From a virus, in IMG/VR virus record IMGVR_UViG_3300042888_001738, positions 32,001 to 96,000 of that record: a stretch of DNA of 64,000 bases; one strand, written 5' to 3'. The position numbers and the translations under genes were made by a program. Below are positions 40,876 through 49,300 of the stretch, one piece after another (position 1 is the stretch's first letter; every line of letters begins with the position of its first letter). The notes below the pieces were generated by a model that saw only the letters and a program-made list of their open reading frames with translations, had not been told where the DNA came from and searched no databases.

Positions 40876-43305
40876 ATGTCATTAAAAATTATTAAACGAG
40901 GTGGTGAGATTGTATCATTTAACCCACAAAAAATTTACAACAGAGTTAAAAGATCTGCAAAAGGTTTAAACGTAAATTCGGATGAGATCTTCATTAAGGT
41001 TATTACTTCAGTACCAACTGAGGGTGAAATAACAACTAAGGAACTTGATAAGTTAGTTAACGAGATTGCGGCGTCTTATACCGGTAGTCACCATGATTAC
41101 TCAAGATTGGCCGCTTCAGTTGCAATATCTTCTTACCATAAGGAAACAAATGATAGTTTCTCACAAACAATGATGGAACTTTATAAGGATGGTATTATCA
41201 ACGAAAAACTTATTGAAACAATTAAAGAGTATGGTGAGGATACAATCGATGCTGTGATCAATCACGAAAACGATTATAACTTTGACTATTTTGCTTGGAG
41301 ATCTTTACAAGAAATGTATTTGTTGAAGAAACCAACTGGTAAAGTAATCGAAAGACCACAACATATGTATATGAGAGTCGCATTGTGGGTAACAACAAAC
41401 ATTACTGATGCTTTTGAATACTATAAATCGTTATCAGATCAGTTAATTTCAAAGGCAACACCTATCATGATTAACGCGGGAACAAAAGTTCCACAGTTAG
41501 CGTCTTGTGTATTACACTATAACGATGCTGACTCAAGAAAAGGTTTATTGGATACCTTAACAGATATATCTACATTTTCTTCAGACGCTGCGGGTATCGG
41601 ACTTTCTATGTCTAACATCCGTAGTAAAGAAAGTAGAATCTCAAGTTCAGGTGGTTATGCCGGTGGACTATTAAAATACCTTAAGATTGTGAATGAGTCA
41701 CTTAGATTCTTTAATCAACAAGGTCGTAGACCTGGTTCAGCCGCAATCTATCTTGAACCATGGCACAAAGACATCTTTGATCTTTTGGATATTAAAAAGA
41801 ATACAGGTGCTGAAGAACTAAGAGCTCGTGATTTATTTACATCATTATGGCTTCCCGATAATTTCATGAGAGCAGTTAAAAATAACGGTGATTGGTATTT
41901 GTTCTGTCCTAATGATATTAAAAAGTCGGGTCTTAAACCATTACAAGAGTGTTATGGTGATGAATATGAGTCTGTATATAATAAGGCAGTTGAATTAGGT
42001 CTTGGTAAAAAAGTTAAAGCTCAGGATATTTGGACCAAAGTTATTGAATCGCAAGTTGAAACTGGTGTTCCATACTTATGTTCTAAGGATAATGCCAATA
42101 AAAAGACTAATCATCAAAATATTGGGGTTATTAAACAATCTAACCTTTGTAATGAAATCTACCAATACACAGATGAGGAAACAACAGCAATCTGTACGTT
42201 ATCATCTATGGTTTTGAAAAACTTTATCAAATCAGGAAAATTTGATTTTGAACTGTTATACAATGAAGTTAAAAAGGTTGTTAGATCTTTAAACAAAGTT
42301 GTGGACATCAACAACTACTCAACAGAAAAAGGTAGAAAAGGTGGGTTAGAACAAAGAGCAATTGCAATTGGAACTCAAGGTTTAGCGGACGTATTCTATT
42401 TAATGGATTACATCTTCACATCAGAAGAAGCGAAACAATTAAATAGAGACATTTTTGAAACAATCTATTACGCGGCAATCTACGAAAGTAACCAATTGTG
42501 TAAAGATGGAAAATACGAACCCTACAAATTCTTCAAAGGGTCACCAATGTCACAAGGGACATTCCAGTTCGATATGTGGAATGTGGATGAGTCAAACTTA
42601 TCAGGAATGTGGGATTGGAGTAAATTAAAGAAAAGTGTTATGGAGTATGGTGTATGTAATTCACTATTCACGGCACAAATGCCAGTGGCGTCTTCAGCTA
42701 AAATCACAGGTTCTTATGAAATGACTGAACCAGCTCACTCGGCAATCTTTAACAGACGAGTAGTTGGTGGTGAGATCATGATTGTAAACAAATACTTAAT
42801 TGCTGACTTTGAAAAGATAGGTATATGGTCTGAGGATTTGAAAAATGAAATCATTATGAATGAAGGATCAATTCAAAATATTAACTTTAATAATTACTTA
42901 GACCCTGAGGATAAGATTTACAATAAGAAAGTGAAACGAATTGAACACTTAATACCTAAGTATAAAACAATTTGGGAGATTTCACAAAAACAACTTATCG
43001 ATATGGCTGCAGATAGAGCACCATTTATAGATCAATCACAATCTATGAATATCTACATGTCTAACCCAACATTATCAAAGATTACATCATCACATTTTCA
43101 CTCTTGGGAAAGTGGTTTGAAAACACTTTGTTATTATGTTAGAACTAAGGCAATATCAACAGGGGCAAAACATTTAGCAATGGATATCTCTAAAAAAAAT
43201 AAACCAAGAGTAACACCTGAACCACCAAAGGTTGATTATACAAATATGAATTTACCACCAAAACCTGAGAATTCTGATTTTGAATGTTTTGGATGTTCAT
43301 CTTAA
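40876..43305 (+). CDS. nrdA: Class Ia ribonucleotide reductase alpha subunit with ATP cone
   Basis: IIKRGG ATP cone, ERPQHMYMR, QLASC, SNLCNEI, MPVASS, GLKTLCYY and the C-terminal CFGC. Confidence 0.97.
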   Translation: MSLKIIKRGGEIVSFNPQKIYNRVKRSAKGLNVNSDEIFIKVITSVPTEGEITTKELDKLVNEIAASYTGSHHDYSRLAASVAISSYHKETNDSFSQTMMELYKDGIINEKLIETIKEYGEDTIDAVINHENDYNFDYFAWRSLQEMYLLKKPTGKVIERPQHMYMRVALWVTTNITDAFEYYKSLSDQLISKATPIMINAGTKVPQLASCVLHYNDADSRKGLLDTLTDISTFSSDAAGIGLSMSNIRSKESRISSSGGYAGGLLKYLKIVNESLRFFNQQGRRPGSAAIYLEPWHKDIFDLLDIKKNTGAEELRARDLFTSLWLPDNFMRAVKNNGDWYLFCPNDIKKSGLKPLQECYGDEYESVYNKAVELGLGKKVKAQDIWTKVIESQVETGVPYLCSKDNANKKTNHQNIGVIKQSNLCNEIYQYTDEETTAICTLSSMVLKNFIKSGKFDFELLYNEVKKVVRSLNKVVDINNYSTEKGRKGGLEQRAIAIGTQGLADVFYLMDYIFTSEEAKQLNRDIFETIYYAAIYESNQLCKDGKYEPYKFFKGSPMSQGTFQFDMWNVDESNLSGMWDWSKLKKSVMEYGVCNSLFTAQMPVASSAKITGSYEMTEPAHSAIFNRRVVGGEIMIVNKYLIADFEKIGIWSEDLKNEIIMNEGSIQNINFNNYLDPEDKIYNKKVKRIEHLIPKYKTIWEISQKQLIDMAADRAPFIDQSQSMNIYMSNPTLSKITSSHFHSWESGLKTLCYYVRTKAISTGAKHLAMDISKKNKPRVTPEPPKVDYTNMNLPPKPENSDFECFGCSS

Positions 43306-43313
43306 AAAAAAAG

Positions 43314-43343
43314 AAATCACGATTTATTCGTGATTTTTTTTTT
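43314..43343 (+). terminator. Intrinsic, possibly bidirectional, terminator after nrdA
   Basis: aaatcacga-tttat-tcgtgattt with a long T run after and an A run before. Confidence 0.8.
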
Positions 43344-43372
43344 GTTGTTGATATTTATAAATAAAAATTATC

Positions 43373-43861
43373 ATGAAAAAAGTAATTAAACTAACTGAAA
43401 GAGATCTTACTAATATTGTCGCTAAAGTGATAAGAGAAGAACAAAAAAGTAAAAAGAGCCTTAATGAAGGTGTATTATTAACTTTAGGTGGACTTGCACT
43501 TGGTGGGGCTGTAATTAAAAAAGCATACGATTATATAAAAAACAGACAACTTAAAAATAATATGTCTGAGACAGGTAACGTTAAAAAATCGAAAGATGGT
43601 AAATTTACCATGAAAGAATATGAAGACAATGAGTCTGGTGAAACGTTTTGGGGTGTTGATGTAACTGACCACACTAGAGGTGAAGGATATGAGGAGAGAC
43701 GAGTTTTATTATTTAAAAACGATCCTGAAAGAATTGAAAAAATCTTAAATTCCGAAGTTAAACATGATTATTCTGATGAGGCGTATATGACAGATGGATA
43801 CGAAGACATGTTCGGACAATTCAAATCCGACAAACGAATTGATTTAGATATCGAAGATTAA
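43373..43861 (+). CDS. Stand-alone hypothetical protein with an MKKVIKLTE leader and a Gly-rich hydrophobic segment
   Basis: Has its own TATTTAT (43352) and terminator. Reads MKKVIKLTERDL...SLNE then GVLLTLGGLALGGAVI. Confidence 0.75.
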   Translation: MKKVIKLTERDLTNIVAKVIREEQKSKKSLNEGVLLTLGGLALGGAVIKKAYDYIKNRQLKNNMSETGNVKKSKDGKFTMKEYEDNESGETFWGVDVTDHTRGEGYEERRVLLFKNDPERIEKILNSEVKHDYSDEAYMTDGYEDMFGQFKSDKRIDLDIED

Positions 43862-43864
43862 TCC

Positions 43865-43893
43865 AAAACCCTCCCCAAAAAGGAGGGTTTTTT
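43865..43893 (+). terminator. Intrinsic terminator
   Basis: aaaaccctcc-ccaaaaa-ggagggtttttt. Confidence 0.85.
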
Positions 43894-43945
43894 ATTTCCA
43901 TAAATTTTTTACTTAAAAAAAACTGAACTTATATTTATATGTGAT

Positions 43946-44404
43946 ATGGCAAATGGTATTACATATGGTATTTCTTTCCCCTTCGTTGACTCATTCACAG
44001 GTAGATACTTGGATGTTACAAATTCAACAGAAGGCGAAGTAAGATCAAGTTTGGTTCACTTAATTCTAACAAGAAAAGGGTCAAGATATTTCTTACCTGA
44101 TTTCGGAACTCGTTTATATGAGTTTATTTTTGAACCTCTTGATGGTCCTACATTTTCAGATATAGAATCTGAAATACGAGATACTATTGGTAACTACATG
44201 CCGAACTTACAAGTAACCAATATAACAGTAGAACCAGCATCTGCAGGTTTAGAAGATAAGGGTGAAACAATTAATCAATACGGTGAAAGAGAATTTAGGG
44301 TTACTAATATTGCTCAATTAGAACACACAGCAAGAATCAAAATAGATTATAGAATAACAGATTCCGCTTTTGAATCTAGTGATTTTATCATTATCAATAT
44401 TTAA
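43946..44404 (+). CDS. Baseplate wedge / sheath initiator (gp25-like)
   Basis: LILTRKGSRYFLPDFGTRLYEFIFEP. Confidence 0.92.
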   Translation: MANGITYGISFPFVDSFTGRYLDVTNSTEGEVRSSLVHLILTRKGSRYFLPDFGTRLYEFIFEPLDGPTFSDIESEIRDTIGNYMPNLQVTNITVEPASAGLEDKGETINQYGEREFRVTNIAQLEHTARIKIDYRITDSAFESSDFIIINI

Positions 44405-44410
44405 TAGTAT

Positions 44411-46252
44411 ATGGCAGAAAAGAAAATATCTTACACGGTCCGAGATTTTCAAGGAGTAAGAACGGAGTTAATTAACTTTACAAGAACCTATTACCCTGAT
44501 TTAGTTCAAAACTTTAATGATGCGGGTATTTTCTCTGTTATGTTAGATTTAAATGCTGCAGTAACAGATAACTTAAACTTTCAGATTGATAGGAGTATAC
44601 AAGAAACTGTACTACAGTTTGCACAACAAAAGAATTCAGTATATAATATTGCAAGAACTTACGGATTAAAAATACCAGGTCAAAGACCATCAGTTGCTTT
44701 GGTTGATTTCTCAATCACGGTTCCGGCTTTTGGTGATAGAGAAGACTTAAGATATTGTGGTGTTTTAAGAAGAGGATCTCAGGTTAATGGAGCTGGACAA
44801 CCATTTGAAACGGTATATGATATTGATTTTGCGTCACCAATAAATGCTGAAGGATCACCAAATAGAGTAAAGATACCTAACTTTGATTCAAGTGGTAAAC
44901 TAATTAACTACACAATTGTTAAAAGAGAAGTTGTTGTTAATGGTATTACTAAAGTGTATAAGAGAGTTATTACTGCTAACGATGCTAGACCTTATTTAGA
45001 ATTATTCTTACCTGAGAAAAATGTTTTGGGTATAACAAGTGTTTTATTAAAACAAGGAACACAATACTCAACAATACCTCAACCACAAGAGTTTATTACA
45101 GTAGGACCTGATAGATGGTTCGAAGTTGATGCTTTAGTACAAGACAGAGTCTTTATTGAGGACCCAACTAAAGTTTCAGATCAACCTGGTATTAAGGTTG
45201 GTAGATATATAACAACATCTAACAAATTCATATCCGAATATACACCTGAAGGTTTCTGTAAAATGACTTTTGGTGGTGGAAATATATCAGCAGAAGAACA
45301 ATTAAGAGAATTCGCTCGTGATGGTAAAGGTTTTGATTTAAGTAGATATACAAACAATTATGCGATGGGTGCGGCTTTGACACCTAATACAACACTATTT
45401 GTTCAGTATAGAATTGGTGGTGGGTTATCAAGTAATTTAGGTATTAACACTATCAATCAGATCGGTACCGTGTCATTTGCGGTAAACGGTCCTTCAGATT
45501 CAGTTAATAGAAGTGTTATTAATAGTTTGCAGTGTAATAACGTAACCGCAGCAATTGGGGGTGCGAACATACCAACAACTGAAGATGTTAGAAACATGGT
45601 CGCATTTAACTTTGCAGCACAAAACAGAGCTGTTACGGTAAATGACTACAACTCAATCATAAGAACAATGCCTTCTCAGTTTGGTGCACCTGCTAAAGTT
45701 GCAATCACAGAAGAAAATAATAAGATAAAAATTAAAATGTTATCTTACGACACAAGTGGTAGTTTGACAAATGTTATATCAAACACACTTAAACAAAATG
45801 TTGCCAATTACCTATCCAACTTTAGGATGATAAATGACTATATCTCAATTGAGGCTGCGGAAACAATTGACCTATCGGTAACTGTTGACGTTGTATTAGA
45901 TAATAGTCAGAATCAAGGTGCGGTGATTGCCAAAGTGATTCAGCAGGTGAGTGAATTCTTTAACCCGTTGGTTCGAGAATTAGGTCAGAACGTTAATATA
46001 TCTGAATTAAGGAGAATACTACAATCGGAAAATGGTATTGTAAGTGTGTCTGATGTTCTATTCTTTAACCAAGTTGGAGGTCAGTATTCATCAGCACAAA
46101 CATCGATGCCGTATTCAGATCCATTAACAAGACAGATCCAACCAACGGCTGATACTATATTCGCAACACCAACCCAAACTTACCAAATTAGATACCCAAA
46201 CAAGGATATTAATGTAAGGGTATTGAACTTAAAATCGGTAAACTTCTCTTAG
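44411..46252 (+). CDS. Baseplate wedge protein (gp6/baseplate J-like)
   Basis: RDFQ, FGGG, YRIGGG..SN, A.GGA and AQNRAVTVNDY. Confidence 0.9.
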   Translation: MAEKKISYTVRDFQGVRTELINFTRTYYPDLVQNFNDAGIFSVMLDLNAAVTDNLNFQIDRSIQETVLQFAQQKNSVYNIARTYGLKIPGQRPSVALVDFSITVPAFGDREDLRYCGVLRRGSQVNGAGQPFETVYDIDFASPINAEGSPNRVKIPNFDSSGKLINYTIVKREVVVNGITKVYKRVITANDARPYLELFLPEKNVLGITSVLLKQGTQYSTIPQPQEFITVGPDRWFEVDALVQDRVFIEDPTKVSDQPGIKVGRYITTSNKFISEYTPEGFCKMTFGGGNISAEEQLREFARDGKGFDLSRYTNNYAMGAALTPNTTLFVQYRIGGGLSSNLGINTINQIGTVSFAVNGPSDSVNRSVINSLQCNNVTAAIGGANIPTTEDVRNMVAFNFAAQNRAVTVNDYNSIIRTMPSQFGAPAKVAITEENNKIKIKMLSYDTSGSLTNVISNTLKQNVANYLSNFRMINDYISIEAAETIDLSVTVDVVLDNSQNQGAVIAKVIQQVSEFFNPLVRELGQNVNISELRRILQSENGIVSVSDVLFFNQVGGQYSSAQTSMPYSDPLTRQIQPTADTIFATPTQTYQIRYPNKDINVRVLNLKSVNFS

Positions 46253-46328
46253 TAATTTATTTTTCTCAAAATAAGATTATTTTTTCTAAAATAGGAAATA
46301 AACTATTTATGAAAAAACGAAATCTTTA

Positions 46329-49300
46329 ATGCCCAAATCATATAGAATAAGAACCGAAGTTGGTGTTGACAAATACATTAACGTCAATTTAGAACAAGAT
46401 TGGGAATCTTTGGAAGTATTATCCTTAAAGATTCTTGCTAATGATTTATACACAAGGATGTGTGCTGATTACGGTGTTGTAGTTGGTCGTGTTTTTGTTA
46501 ATAACGGGTTTGGTTTACCAAACGCAAAAGTTTCCGTGTTTATCCCTTTGGATGATGCGGATGAAGTTGATCCCGTTATATCAGAGTTATACCCTTACAG
46601 AACGATTACGGATACTAATGAAGAAGGTTACAGGTATAACTTACTTCCTAAATTACCATCATATCGAGGACACCAATCTACAGGTACATTCCCAAATGTG
46701 GGTGATGTATTAATGGATGAGTCATATATTGAGGTTTATGACAAATACTACAGATTTACCGTAACAACAAATGAAAGTGGTGACTTTATGATCTTTGGTG
46801 TACCAACTGGTACCCAAACTATTGTAATGGATGTCGACCTTTCAGATATAGGTTGTTTCTCATTAGCGCCACAAGACTTAATCCAACAAGGACTTGCAAC
46901 TGAAACTCAAGTTAACGGATCCACATTTAAAACCTCAACTAACTTAAGAGAATTACCACAAATTAAAAACTTGGTATTTGATGTGGATGTTGCACCATTT
47001 TGGGGTGACCAAGATTTATGTCAAGTTGGAATTACAAGAGTAGATTTCGATTTAACAAAACAAGCAAACATTAATATCCAACCTACGTCAATCTTTATGG
47101 GATCAATTATCTCAACAACAAATGACGATGCGTTAAAGGTGGGTTGTAAACCTAAAAATAATACAGGTAACTTATGTGAATTAGTTTCAGGACCTGGCGA
47201 AATACAGGCGATTAGACATACGATCAATTCTGATGAAAATGGTTTACCGATATTAGAAGTTTATCAAGTAGAACAAGAAGGGAAAGTTATTGATCCTGAC
47301 GGTACATATGTACTCAACGTTCCGATGAACCTGGATTACGTATTCACTAATGAATTCGGAGAACAAGTATTGTCAGACGACCCAAGTAAAGGGATACCAA
47401 CGAAGGGTAAATATAGATTTAAGTTCAAGTGGCAAAACGAAGAAGGACTACAAAATAGCTTCCAAAGGGCAAATTTCTTGGTACCTAATATTAAAGAATA
47501 TGGATGGTCAAATTCTGCGAATGATCCATTTGATCAAGCAACACAATCATATACCTATCAAATATCTGCGGGTGCGATATCAGGTGTGACTCAAATACAA
47601 TCATTTGGTTTTGATGCTGGTATTTCATTAGATAATGCAATAAACAGCTCGTCATATGAGGTATATTTAAATGGGGTTGAATATACAGGATCACTTAATT
47701 CAATACCGTTTAACATTGGTGATACAATACAAATTGTTGGTACGCCAATTAATCCTAACGTAACTCAAGACTTTTCGTTTACGGTTTATCCTGAAACATT
47801 ATTTAATTTATTAAAATCTTACGCATTTAGTTTAGATTGGGATGATTATGTCAATCCCCAAGAAGCGATTGATTGTGAGGATACATTCTACGAATTCAAG
47901 TACAATAAGGTATATACGACTGCCATGTTCTTAGATAGATACAAGAACGGTATTGGTAGAGCAAAACATTTAGGTATAAAAGAAATTGATAACAGATCGT
48001 GTAAGTCTACCGTAAATACATTCCCTGTGAATGATATTATACGAAACTTTGATCCGATATTCTTCGTATTCAATATACTAATTAATATTCTAACATTTCC
48101 AATATTAGTTTTATTATTTGTTGCTCACTTTATTTCGTTTATTTGGCCAATACTAAAATATGTGTTGATAGTGTTGAGTATTTACTTAACTTATGACGCC
48201 GCGGTTGCATTATTTAATGCAATTCAAAGTGGTATACAATTAATAAGTGCGGGAGCAGGGGTTTTCCAAGTGGGTCTTGGTGTTACTGTTAACGTTGGTT
48301 TTATTTTGGAGGGTATACGTTTAATTTTCGCAGGTATATTCCTAATTGCCGCGGCAACATTTAAACTTATACTAGCCGCAGCATTTTTAGCTTTTGCGGT
48401 TGTGGCGGCAATTAAAGTTAAAGGGTTCCCAAGAATTGCATTACCTATGATTGCATATCCTGATTGTACAAGTTGTGATTGTGATTGTGGAAATGCGGAA
48501 CAAGATGATAATTTTGACATTAATAGTGTTAATGATGAACTTGAGGCTGCGGCTCAAACAGGTGGAAGTAGTTTTTATGATACAACATTAGTACCATCTC
48601 TTAGTATTATCGCACCTGTAAACTCAGCAGGATCTTACGAAATAGAGCATCCTAATTTAGTCGGACCCAATGATGACCCAACTCAAGATGAATACCAGTG
48701 TGGTGGAATAGGGCCATATAAAAACTTAGCTAATTTAATAGGTGATGAAGATATTAGTCAAAATTTAGCGGTTCAAGCGTCTTTAGATTTGGCTAGAGTC
48801 ATTTCAGGATACGATGTACTATCATCAACTAATCCTAACCGTCTATATGTTAATGAACAATATCTACTACACGCACCACAACCTTTTTTATGGTCTGCGG
48901 ATAAACAATTATTCCCAACCTATGACCTTGTTGCAGACGCTAGATATTTTGCATACCCACTATCTAAAACTTTCCCACAACAGCTAAACGACTTCAATAC
49001 AAGAGATAAATATTTTAATTTTGGAGGGGCTGTTAATCAAATTAAAACTACTGTTAACCCAAGTCTAGGGTCCGAATTTTTCTTGGATCAAGTTGTGGTA
49101 ATTTTGATGAGTGCCGGTGCGACAAGTCAAATAGGTGTAGGTAATGTTTGCTCATTCCAAAATCCTAACTATTTGGATACTCAGTCATCCAATCGTCTGT
49201 TAAACTTAACAGGTGCGACACTTAACCAATTCGGTACAAATTCAATTACAGGTACAACGTTAATTGGTAATTCAGTTCCAAGTCAAATAAGTTATGCGAA

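Noticed and set aside
3593-43305. Inteins, introns or homing endonucleases in polB, recA, helicase or nrdAB
   Set aside because: Motif spacing and protein lengths are normal, and no splice-junction, LAGLIDADG or HNH signatures were seen.
13799-46252. Bacterial contractile injection system or tailocin locus
   Set aside because: Neck genes and a full phage replication set are interleaved with the tail genes, which indicates a phage genome.
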